From contig NC_058368.1 in assembly GCF_018350175.1 (NCBI RefSeq), forward strand, positions 115,632,001 through 115,696,000: DNA of 64,000 nt, read 5' to 3'. The DNA is from Felis catus. Taxonomy: Eukaryota. Position 1 is the stretch's first letter. Each line of letters starts with the position of its first letter. The notes beneath the pieces are model-generated. The model was not told the origin of the DNA. It worked only from the letters and a program-made list of their open reading frames with translations, and ran no database searches. Positions 1 to 9,900 of this stretch are shown piece by piece. A program made the position numbers and the translations under genes.

Positions 1-1094
1 AGGAAGGACTCTTCTGATCCTTCCGCTCTTCTAGGGGAGGGAACCTGGCCTGACAGAGGTACCTGGTAAGGAACGCTTTGTCTTTATCTGAAGTGTCCCA
101 GATCACTCCCTAGAGCTGCAGGTCAGGGCACACTGCCTGCCTGGGGCCTCAGTGTTCTTGTCCATGAAATGGGCTGACCCCCTCCTCCAGCTGTTTTTTG
201 AGAGCTCTGTAAAGGAGAGTAGAGTACCGTGTACTCCTGGGGTCTTCTTTAGCATGTTTCATTCTTCACGTAATGGGGTTTGTGCCTGCCCTAGGTGAAG
301 GGGTCTAAGAGGGTCAGGGATATGGAGCCAGGGAAACAGAACTGTAGCCCCCTGCTGTCTTTGGTAGTTGGTCTTGGGGGGTTATTAGTCCTGAGGAAAT
401 TCTAGTAGTACTGAGGACATGTCCTACCCCAGGCCATCTGCTGGGTGTTAGCAGTGGTTAGTGTGTGCTCGAATGTGTGTTCACCTATAGCTGGATGTGT
501 GCCCTGTGCTCTCTAGCGAGGGCTGCATTTCTCCCAGCCTCCAAGACCACTGTCTCCATGTGCATCTCCTTGGGCCTGAGTGGGGCTTTTTTTCCCCTCT
601 GGAAACTCCCTAGGCTGAATCATGGAAATCAGAGACGCCACCCCCAATCCCGCCCTCCCTCCCCCCCACCCCCGGCTTGCTCAGCTCATCTAAGTTCAAC
701 CACCATAGCCTGTGGTCTGTTCTCTTCACCACCGCTGCTTTGCCCACCATCAGTCTGTCTGTCCATCTCACCTCCCCTGGAGGCCAGGAAGACCAGCTCC
801 AAAGTTGGTAGAGGGGACATGAAGAGGGTGTAGCAGGGATGTCAGGAGTGCACACGGAAGTGTGGGGAAGAATGTGAAGAGCCAGAGTGTGCAGGTCTGC
901 AAAGCTGGCCTGCCCAGACGATGGCGGAATGGTGGGCCCTACTGGGCCAGTGCCTCCGGGTCCTGAAGGCCCCTCTGGAATGCAACCTTCTCCAAGAAGC
1001 CTTCTGTCAGCAGGTAGGATGGCTGGGAGTCTATTCTAGCCAGCAAAGGAGCAAGAGAGGATTGGCGCCTTGCCCTCAGACTTTGTCCTTGGCA

Positions 1095-1437
1095 GTGGTG
1101 GTGGTGGCGCAACTCTGTAAATTTATTAAAAATCATTGAATTGTACACTAATAAATGGGTGAATTTTATTGTTTATAAACTATGCGGGGCACCTGGGTGG
1201 CTCAGTCGGTTGAGCATCCAAATCTTGATTTCAGCTCAGGTCATGATCTCACAGTTCGATGGTTCGAGTCCCAAGTCAGGCTCCATGCTAACAGATCAGA
1301 GCCTTCTTGGGATTCTCTCCCTCTCTTTCTCTCTGTCTTTCGGTCTCTCTCCCTCAAAATAAATACACTTAAAAAAAAAAAAAGAAGAAAGAAAAGAAAG
1401 AAAGAAACTATACCTCAGTAAAGCTGTTAAAAAAAAA
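1095..1437 (+). mobile_element. Old L1M 3' end fragment interrupted by a CanSINE
   Basis: The sequence gtggtggtggcgcaactctgtaaa...cattgaattgtacact...aaatgggtgaattttat...tatacctcagtaaagctgttaaaaaaa is typical of L1M 3' termini. Confidence 0.7.
1186..1404 (+). mobile_element. CanSINE (Felidae-type)
   Basis: tRNA-derived head ggggcacctgggtggctcagtcggttgag, (CT)n region, A-rich tail and TSD aaactat(g/a)c. Confidence 0.92.
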
Positions 1438-1511
1438 TCCTACCCTTGGCCTCAGCGCCCTGCCCAGTTGGGACTCGGCCAACCTCCCGACCATACCTCG
1501 CACCCTCTTCC

Positions 1512-1638
1512 TTATTTCTTTTTTTTTTTTTTTTTTTTTGAAGCAAACTCTACCCCCCAACAGGGGGATCAAACTCACGACCCTGAGATCAAGAGTCACA
1601 TGCTGTACCGCATGCTCTACCGACGAGCCAGGGACCCT
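1512..1638 (-). mobile_element. Short old-type CanSINE
   Basis: A poly-T tract followed by the reverse complement of gtagagcatgtgactcttgatctcagggtcgtgag. It carries an internal 12-bp duplication catgct(g/c)taccg. Confidence 0.85.
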
Positions 1639-2329
1639 TCTTCCCCTTTTCTTAAGAACTGTTTTCCGGCTCATGTCCCCTTTGGTAACCTCCCCTTGTC
1701 TTTAGCTCACAGGCTAGCAGTCCCTTCCTCCAGAAAGGCCTCCAGTGATCCACTTGGTTGCCTTCCTGCTCTCATTTCATATTGGTTCATGTGACCACTG
1801 GCCAAGCTCCTGTGTACTCCTCCAGGGCCGTGCTGGGTCTGTATCCTGCACTGTTGCCCCAGTACCACAGGGCATGGGGCCGCTTTTGGGTAAATGGTAG
1901 TGGGATGTGTGCATGTCTCTGTGCAGACAGCGTCATGCCTCCCCCCCCCAGTGCCCCTTCCCCCATTGCGGTCTGGCCCAAAGGCCTCAGGACAGAGCCC
2001 TGCTGGGGATGAATCCTGGCTCACCTGGAGCTCAGGGTGGAGGGAGGGCATTATCATCACCTCTGGTGACTTCATTGCCAGCTGGCATTATGAGGTCAGT
2101 AGCCCAGGATTCCAGGTTCCTGCCTGGGCATCTCCAAGCCCCCCAGGTGAAGACACGACACTGGGGTCTGTGACAACTCATCCCCACAACCACGTAGAGG
2201 TGACAGGCATGGTAACAACCCTGGAGGGTGGGGGCGGCCTTGGGATTGCTGGGTCACCTTGCCCTGGGCTACTTTGTCAGTTGCACAGGTAGAGAGCAAA
2301 GGTAATCCCAGAGCAGGGTGACTAACACT

Positions 2330-2545
2330 TAGATTCTGGGTTCAAATTCTAACGGTCCTGGGTATCAGCTGCTTGACCTTGGCCTGACAGCTTGAACCTC
2401 TTTGAGCCTCAATTTCTTCATCTCTCAAATTAATTATTTCTGTTTTGCTGGCCGCTGGCTTCTGGGAGGAGTCAGGGAAGGAGAGCAGACATGTAAAGCA
2501 TAAGAGTGCAGGGACTGGTACACAGTAGGTGCTCAATAAATGCTA
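2330..2545 (+). mobile_element. MIR
   Basis: gggttcaaattc...gagcctcaatttcttcatct...ggtacacagtaggtgctcaataaatg matches the MIR core and tail. Confidence 0.75.
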
Positions 2546-3259
2546 CCTGATAGAGTTAGTTAAGAGACCCTGGGTGTCACTTGTTACTGGGAGCTAGTTG
2601 AAGTGGGGTGGGTCTCTGTCTTCTGGTGCTGGCTAGGGCCTGAGAGTAGAGGCAGGGGGCGGTCCCAGTGGCAGGAGAGTGGCCCCAGCTTTGACTTCCT
2701 CTCTTCCCAGTTTTGCCAGTAAGCCAGAGCCCATAGGAGGTTGGGCCACAAGGCCAGGCCCTGAGGCCAAGAACCCATTGACCCTCAGCCCTCCTTCCTA
2801 TCTATCTCTGCTTCCCTAGGCCTGGGCCAGAGTGGGCTGGGGACCACCCACCCCCTGCCTCCCTTTCAGAGCTGTGGGCATATCCAACTGCTTTCTCTTG
2901 GTCCTCAGGTCCCCGAGTGTAGGATTCTCTCCCTCAGGGCTGTTTCTATGTCTGTCAGACCCTCAAGTCTTCAAAGCTGGGCTAAGAGCCTTGGATCTCT
3001 CTGAGCCCGGGTCCGTCCATTTTCTGCTTCCCATGAAGCTCTGTTTTCTAACCTTGACCCTTTGCCCTGTCCTCTCCAAGTCCCCCTTTCTCTGACCCAC
3101 CCCTCAAGTTCTCTGTCTCATGATCCTCCCGTAGCACCTGTCTCTGTTCTTCTGCCCCCATGTCCCCCTCTGGCCCCCCAGCTCTCCGTGACGGGTTACC
3201 CCCCACACCCCCCTCATCCCCCTCCCTCTGGGCTCTGTCCCCACCCGTCAGCCCCTGGT

Positions 3260-3640
3260 CCCAGCTCCCGGCCGGCCCGGCTCCTGCATGGACAAAGGGG
3301 TCCTTTGTGGGCTGACCGCGGCTGGCGGGGCGGCGGGGCGCTGGCTCCGCATTGCTGATGAAACGGAGCCCTTTGTTGTCCCTCCTCAGGCGCAGTATTT
3401 CTTTTTGGGGGCTGGATGCGTTCCTGGCAGGGCCGATGATGGATGCGCCCGCCGCCGCCCGCCTGCCCGCCAGCTTTCCCTCCCGCTCATTCCCGCTCCG
3501 CTTCAACGCAGCCCCAGCTCCTCCCCTGCTGCCTGGGCACTGCCAGGCCCTTCGTAGCCTGGGAGGGGGTTGCCGTGTGCCTTGCAGTAAAGGACTAGGG
3601 CCTGGGAGAAGGTCTTAAGTCCTCCCCTTCCGTGAGTAGG
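3260..3640. promoter_or_regulatory. CpG-rich intronic element (candidate enhancer or alternative CXXC5 promoter)
   Basis: Local CpG enrichment, GC boxes, SOX/TCF motifs and a PBX-HOX-like TGATGGAT. Confidence 0.6.
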
Positions 3641-5134
3641 GCAAACAAGCCCTGTGGTCATTGGTCCACTGGGACCAGGGCATCAGCTTTTCCCAGGGTC
3701 TAAAGGAGAAGATGAGCCAGGTATAGGGGCAGATTTGGAGCAAGCTTAGGGACCAGGCCTTGGGGACTAACTGGATATTGGTATCTACCCACTCCGGGGT
3801 TTGGGGACAGAATTACCTGTGTGCCAGTCCCCCTTCTGTACTCCCCACCTTCAGTTTCTGTGGCTGACACATCAGTGTTCTGCCTGCAGCACCTGTTTGA
3901 TGACATATCACGTCGTCTGCTCCATAGCTCAGCATGTCCCAGGACATGGGGGGGCTGGGAGAGGGTAATCCCTGAGGAAGGACAGAAAAATGAAAGATCA
4001 GAGAAATTCAAAGGGCCAGAGATGAACAGAACATGAGGTTTTGTCCCTACCACGAGACTCAGGATGGAGACAAAAGCAGAGAGACTCAGCCAGAGCACCA
4101 GCCCTGAACGCAGGCCCGTGTTGGAGGGAGCTGACTTCTAATTGACCTGCCCGCCCTGTACACAGAGCCAGATCCTGAAGCTGGGAGGAGGGAGGGAGGG
4201 AGTAGAGCAAGAGCAGCGTTAATGCAGCTATCGATTTCTGCCACCAGCCAGCAGGCCGCAGAGGCGGGGACACACAGGGGGGCTAGGGCGCAGACTGCTC
4301 CCCTCCCCACCTCTCCAACCCAAGGGCTCCTACCTTCTTCTGTCTTCTCCCCTCACCATGTCTGGGGCTGCTGGAGCTTGCTCCGGAGCAGGGTAGTTGA
4401 GCTCAGATGGGCAGGGGCAGTTAATTTGGGGTGACAGTCTCTAGCCCTGATCTCACTGGCCCTGGTCTCCAGCACCTAGTCAGGTGTCACTGATGCCCAG
4501 AGGGGTACTGATTTCTGAGCGAGGGCCTGAAGAGCCAGCCTGGGCTTAGCCCTCAGGAGGTGGGACAGAGCACAGCTGTCCTTGGGCATACATCATCCCC
4601 TTCCTCTTACTACAACTCTGATCTCTGTGGTACCCCCAGCCCAGCCTGGACACCTTGCCAGGCCCTCCTGGGTTTGTCCTGGTAGAATGTGCCAGCTTGC
4701 CCAGCTCTTCCTTACCACCCATCTACCTTCACTAGGAAGGAGCGTTCGTGGGCCAGTGCTCTCTGGGGAGAGGCAGGGAGCGTCTGGCTGTCTGCTGACG
4801 CCTGCCATTTTCGACTCACTCAGGAGCCAGAGCTTCTCCCTTTCCTGTACGCACTCCTCCTTGTGGCCACTCCTTAGCAGCCCTGCCTGCTCAGGGCCTC
4901 AATTTCCCCCTGTGTAAGTGCAGAGGGTTGGACTAGATGACCTCCCGGGACCAGGACCGGCTGAGTCCTGTGACTGGGGGATGGTGGGGTTGCCTGGGGA
5001 CAAAGATGTATGTGTGCCGGCCCCAATCCTAGGGCGGGACAGGCCCAGCCAGATGTGCGCCTCCCCCTTGAGCCACCAGCTGCTCAGGCTGGGCCCTCTC
5101 CTCCCGCCCTTCTCCCAGGGGTTGCTGGGCCACT

Positions 5135-5135
5135 G

Positions 5136-5166
<31 letters not shown>
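5135..5166 (+). repeat. (GCAG)8 / (CCTG)n tetranucleotide microsatellite
   Basis: Eight perfect units, read directly. Confidence 0.95.
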
Positions 5167-5168
<2 letters not shown>

Positions 5169-5984
5169 AAGGGAGGCGAGAGAGCCAGGGCTGATGAGGA
5201 AACGGCCGCTCCATTCCTTCTGGATAGTTCCTCCCAGACCCAAGGAGCCTGGCTGCTCGCTCATAAGCCTTAGCCCTGGTGCCTAAGCAGAGCAGGCTCT
5301 GTCCTAGAAAGGGGCGCCTCTGAAACATGGATGTGGCCCAAGAACAGGCTCTGCTCCCTGGAGGGTCACACCCACTCGTCCCAGCCTGCACCAGCCAGAG
5401 GCCCTTCCTGCCCACAGCCTACCCCAGCTCTGAGCTCTCACTGGGACCTCATCCCAGACCCATCTGGGAGCCAGGCTGGAGCACAGCAGGGAGGCCTGAG
5501 TAGAGACAAGAGTGGGGTCTGAGGTAATGATGACTGTGGTTTGAGAGTGAGGAGGAATCGTGTGTTCGATATGTACACAGTGTGTCCCCGCATTCTTACA
5601 GGAGAAGGATTGTCCTCTGGCACAGTGCTGCCTGCCCTCTAGCAAGAGGATACATGCTCCTTGAAATAAGGATCCTGTGCGCTATTTGGTAACCCCTGTT
5701 AGAGTCACTTTACTTTCCCTGCAGGACTTGTCAGAGCATTGAGATAGATAATCAGTATGTATTAGGAGTTGCCAAATGAGGGCCTAGGAGCAGCTTCCCC
5801 GATTTCTGGTCTATACGTTCAAGCTTTGCAGAGGCTGTTCCCAACCCCTCTTTGTAGATGGGTCACAGAAGGAAGATGAGGAAGCAGAAGGTGACTCTAT
5901 AACCCTCTGAGGTTCATAAACATCTCTAGCTCTTCCCTACTACCCCAGCCCAGGAAGAAGTGGCTGCAGATCTAGGCTGTACGG

Positions 5985-6170
5985 ATTCAGGCTGGGCTTC
6001 CACCATGATGCTCATTAACTGTAGATCCCTGCTCAGTTCTAAACCTTATGTAAAACGGAGTATTCCTAGCCACTACTTCAAAGGGTGCTTGTGAGTCTGA
6101 ACTGAAGTAGTACAAATAAAAAATACCTAACCATGTTGGGTCTGGCACTTAAATAAATGCCCAGTGGGGC
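5985..6170 (+). mobile_element. MIR (degenerate)
   Basis: Resembles the MIR core and 3' part (tgtaaaacggag...gtgagtctgaactga...tctggcacttaaataaatg). Confidence 0.55.
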
Positions 6171-6277
6171 TTGTGGTTGTTACTACATGGGGGTACAGTT
6201 GTTGTTGGTGGTGGTGGTGACGTTGGGGAAGGAAGTGTTTACTGCTGCCCTGACCCTATACTCTTTTGTCCCGATAG

Positions 6278-6438
6278 AGTGAAGATCCTTCCACGTGGAC
6301 ACCTGACCATGTGCCTGCCCTGAGCAGCAGGGCCCCCCAGCCATCTCTGTTGTGGGCAGCAGGGCCCGGTGCTCGTCTGTGGACCCCCCGCAGTTGGCAG
6401 GCCCCCCCCAGCAGCGGGCTCTGGGCCTCGGCCCCACC
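6278..6438 (+). other. CXXC5: CXXC5 5'UTR portion of the main coding exon
   Basis: Branch point ctgac at 6250-6254, pyrimidine tract ctcttttgtccc and TAG acceptor ending at 6277. An in-frame TGA at 6304-6306 lies upstream of the ATG. Confidence 0.8.
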
Positions 6439-7356
6439 ATGTCGAGCCTCGGCAGTAGCCCCCAGGACAGCGGTGGCAGCAGCAGCAGCAACAGCAATGG
6501 CAGCGGGAGCAGCGGCCCCAAGGCAGGAGTGGCTGACAAGAGCGCGGCGGTGGCCACTGCCACCCCAGCCTCGGTGGCGGATGATGCACCACCCCCAGAA
6601 CGTCGGAACAAGAGCGGCATCATCAGCGAACCCCTCAACAAGAGTCTGCGCCGCTCCCGCCCTCTCTCCCACTACTCTTCCTTTGGGGGCAGTGGTGGCA
6701 GCGGCGGTGGTGGCAGCATGATGGGCAGTGAGTCTGCTGAAAAGGCTGCTGCCGCTGCGGCTGCCGCCTCCCTGTTGGCCAATGGGCATGACCTGGCGGC
6801 AGCCATGGCTGTGGACAAAAGCAACCCTACCTCAAAGCACAAAAGTGGTGCTGTGGCCAGCCTGCTGAGCAAGGCAGAGCGGGCCACGGAGCTGGCAGCC
6901 GAGGGACAGCTGACGCTGCAGCAATTCGCGCAGTCCACGGAGATGCTGAAGCGCGTGGTGCAGGAGCACCTTCCGCTGATGAGCGAGGCGGGTGCCGGCC
7001 TGCCCGATATGGAGGCCGTGGCGGGTGCCGAAGCCCTCAATGGCCAGTCCGACTTCCCCTACCTGGGCGCCTTCCCCATCAACCCGGGCCTCTTCATCAT
7101 GACCCCGGCGGGCGTGTTCCTGGCCGAAAGTGCGCTGCACATGGCCGGCCTTGCCGAGTACCCCATGCAGGGAGAGCTGGCCTCGGCCATCAGCTCGGGC
7201 AAGAAGAAGCGGAAACGCTGCGGCATGTGCGCGCCCTGCCGACGGCGCATCAACTGCGAGCAGTGCAGCAGTTGTAGGAACCGAAAGACTGGCCATCAGA
7301 TTTGCAAATTCAGAAAATGTGAGGAACTCAAAAAGAAGCCTTCCGCTGCTCTGGAG
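6439..7356 (+). CDS. CXXC5: CXXC5 (CXXC-type zinc finger protein 5 / RINF), main coding exon, codons 1-306
   Basis: The ATG at 6439 sits in a Kozak context (cccaccATG). The translation MSSLGSSPQDSGG...ERRNKSGIISEPLNKSLRRSRPLSHYSSFG...KKKRKRCGMCAPCRRRINCEQCSSCRNRKTGHQICKFRKCEELKKKPSAALE closely matches mammalian CXXC5. The donor GAG|GTAACG is at 7357, phase 0. Confidence 0.97.
7201..7320 (+). other. CXXC5: Basic NLS plus CXXC zinc finger; includes the Dishevelled-binding motif RKTGHQICKFRKC (7282-7320)
   Basis: KKKRKR is followed by the 8-Cys pattern CxxCxxC-x5-CxxCxxC...C-x4-C typical of CXXC4/CXXC5/TET-type CXXC domains. Confidence 0.93.
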
Positions 7357-8874
7357 GTAACGGCGCCTTAGAGGGAGGTGTGTGGGCTCTTGTGTCTGTC
7401 TGGCAGTCCAAACCCACCCCCCAGCCCCCCAAACCCGCTTTTCCTACCTGGGCGAGTGGGGGCTGCTCAGCCAGTCCCTGGGCTCTCGGGTTCTAGAGCA
7501 GGCTCCCAGACACCAGTTCACTGCCCAAAAAAGTCAGAGCCACATCCTGAGATCTCATTAGGTTGTAGTTTGCAAGGCCAGCATAAAGTTCCAGGAGGGG
7601 GCCTAGCACTTCCCAGCCAGGCCCGGGGATCCTGAACCCCCTCCTGGAGTTTTGGGCCAGCTACTGATGTTCCCATGTAGGTCCAAAGTTGCTGACTTTC
7701 AGACATATTCTAACGTTTCCAGTCCATAACCTAGGATGCTGGGGGCTCTTCCTTGTCCCACTTGAGGGGTTCTCTCCTGTGGACCATGTGGCTTTGAGGG
7801 GTAAGCCCTTCACTTGCCCCTTCAGAGCCTGGCCTTTCCCCTAAGGCCACCCAAGGATAGAGCGGCCCCAGTGCTCACTGCCCTGCTCTAAGGCCTGGAA
7901 GAACCCTGCGTCTAGACATCCAGTTGACAGATTTGGGGTTTCTTGGGGCCCCACGGTCAGTCTGGCTACACAGGTAATGGCCACGGGTCCTACGGGCCTG
8001 GAGTGAGGGGGTTGCTGTGATCTTGGGGTGTAGGCAAGGCCTGTCCACCATGGGATGATCGGCTTAGAGCAGGCAGAAGGGTTCCCAAGCTGCTTTCTTT
8101 CTCTCCACCCTCGTGGCAGAGCTTGTCCCTGTGCCCCCAGCCGTGGCAGCCTAGCTGTGGTGCCAGGCCTGGGTACAAAAGCATCTTTTCAGCCTGCTGT
8201 CCCAGCCCCGGCCCCGCCCCACTATGAGTGGGCTGGACGCAAATGTTCAGAATGGTTGGAAAACAATAATGGCATCCCAGCCATGGCTACTCCCCACCCC
8301 CAAGCCCCCAAACCTCATATATCTGCTCTCCTGCCCAGAGAATACACCTCTATGCGCACAGAGGCACTCACCTCTCATCTAGTGTAGACACACACATGCG
8401 TGCACAAGCGCACACACGGCCCTGCCCAGTACCCAGTCTTACTGTAGGTGCACAGCAAATCCCCTTCCTCCCCACCACACCTCCGGACACACTACACACC
8501 GTGGCATCGCTTGAGACACACGTCCGTATGCTTACATGCTCCCTCGACAGAAACATGCACACAGCCCCAGATGCACCACAGCCTCTCGGCGCTTGTAGCC
8601 TCTGGACCAGGGGAATGGGTCTTCCTGTTTGGAAGGAGGGTTCCTGGACACAGTGGCTCAGGGGGCCTCAGGGTGCTCCGGGCCCTCCAGCGGCCCAGCG
8701 GGTCAAGGCTTCTTCTCTGGCCTGGTCAGGATGGCAGGAACTCCACGGGGTGGCTGCCTTTACTCCATGCCCGTCCCTCCGCCATGAGGCCGTCCACGGG
8801 GGAGCGTCTTTGCATCAGGCCCCGCCGGACCCTGACTGAACTCTCTCCTTGTTTTTGTCTCCCGCCCCCGCCAG
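7357..8874 (+). other. CXXC5: CXXC5 last intron (GT-AG, 1518 nt)
   Basis: GTAACG donor and (Y)nCAG acceptor join in frame to give the known protein. Confidence 0.93.
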
Positions 8875-8919
8875 AAGGTGATGCTTCCGACGGGAGCCGC
8901 CTTCCGGTGGTTTCAGTGA
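8875..8919 (+). CDS. CXXC5: CXXC5 terminal coding exon (KVMLPTGAAFRWFQ*)
   Basis: A branch-like ctgac (~8832), a polypyrimidine tract (8841-8870) and the CAG acceptor (8872-8874) precede it. It encodes the known CXXC5 C-terminus with TGA at 8917-8919. The joined CDS is 320 aa. Confidence 0.95.
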   Translation, partial: KVMLPTGAAFRWFQ

Positions 8920-9900
8920 CGGCGGCGGGAACCCAAAGCTGCCCTCTCCGTGCAATGTCACTGCTCGTGTGGTCTCCGGCAAGGGATTCGGGCGAAGACA
9001 AACGGATGCACCCGTCTTTAGAACCAAAAATATTCTCTCACAGATTTCATTCCTGTTTTTATATATATATTTTTTGTTGTCGTTTTAACATCTCCACGTC
9101 CCTAGTATAAAAAGAAAAAGGAAAAAAATTTTAACTGCTTTTTCGGAAGAACAACAACAAAAAAGAGGTAGAGACGAATCTATAAAGTACCGAGACTTCC
9201 TGGGCAAAGAATGGACAATCAGTTTCCTTCCTGTGTCGATGTCGATGTTGTCTGTGCAGGAGATGCAGTTTTTGTGTAGAGAATGTAAATTTTCTGTAAC
9301 CTTTTGAAATCTAGTTACTAATAAGCACTACTGTAATTTAGCACAGTTTAACTCCACCCTCATTTAAACTTCCTTTGATTCTTTCCGACCATGAAATAGT
9401 GCATAGTTTGCCTGGAGAATCCACTCACGTTTATAAAGAGAATGTGGATGGCGCCGCGTCGAGAAGCCCCTCTATCCATCCACACGTGCAGAGCTGCGGC
9501 GAGGAGCTCACAGAGGGGGAGGGAGCAGCCCACCCACCCCTGGGCCCAGGCCAGCCATGCTGCACTCGCGGTACCCAGAATGGGATCCCCCCTACCCCGA
9601 CAATGATGATTTTGCAAAAATGAAAGTTCTGTTCCTTTATCCATTGAGATCTGGGGAGCCCGTGTCTCAATATTTCCGATCCTGGCTACTTCCCTTAGAG
9701 AAAATAAGTCCTTTTTTTCTGGCCTCGCTGATGGCAACAGAAGAAAGGGCTTCTTTGCGTGGCCCCCTGCTGGTGGGTGTGGGTGCCTGGGGGGGCCCCC
9801 TTGCCCACGGCCAGCTTCCTGCTGATGAACATGCTGTTTGTATTGTTTTAGGAAACCAGGCTGTTTTGTGAATAAAACGAATGCATGTTTGTGTCACGAA
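8920..9900 (+). other. CXXC5: CXXC5 3'UTR
   Basis: Repeat-free sequence with AU-rich blocks between the stop codon and AATAAA at 9871. The 3' end is approximate. Confidence 0.85.
9871..9876 (+). terminator. CXXC5 polyadenylation signal AATAAA
   Basis: Canonical hexamer with an upstream TGTA (9839) and U-rich elements, and GU/U-rich sequence downstream. Confidence 0.85.

Noticed and set aside
5190..5210. CTGATGA-G-GAAAC (and CTGATGAAAC at 3355) resembling a hammerhead ribozyme core or C box
   Set aside because: There is no stem II between CUGAUGA and GAAA and no convincing stems I/III with an NUH site. There is also no paired D box with a terminal stem.
6183..7296. Several antisense and alternative-frame ORFs over the CXXC5 exon
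   Set aside because: Expected shadows of a GC-rich coding exon, with no recognisable protein.
6352..7371. 339-aa ORF as annotated in the track (GTG start, ends VTAP*)
   Set aside because: The true start is the ATG at 6439, and the gene splices at 7356 to 8875. The ORF ends are artefacts of unspliced translation.
8448..9110. 220-aa ORF spanning the intron, last exon and 3'UTR
   Set aside because: GTG start in CA-rich low-complexity intron, and no protein resemblance.
9105..9165. TATAAA plus A-rich tract as a proximal poly(A) site
   Set aside because: Non-canonical hexamer followed by genomic A runs, more likely an internal-priming artefact. It cannot be supported from sequence alone.
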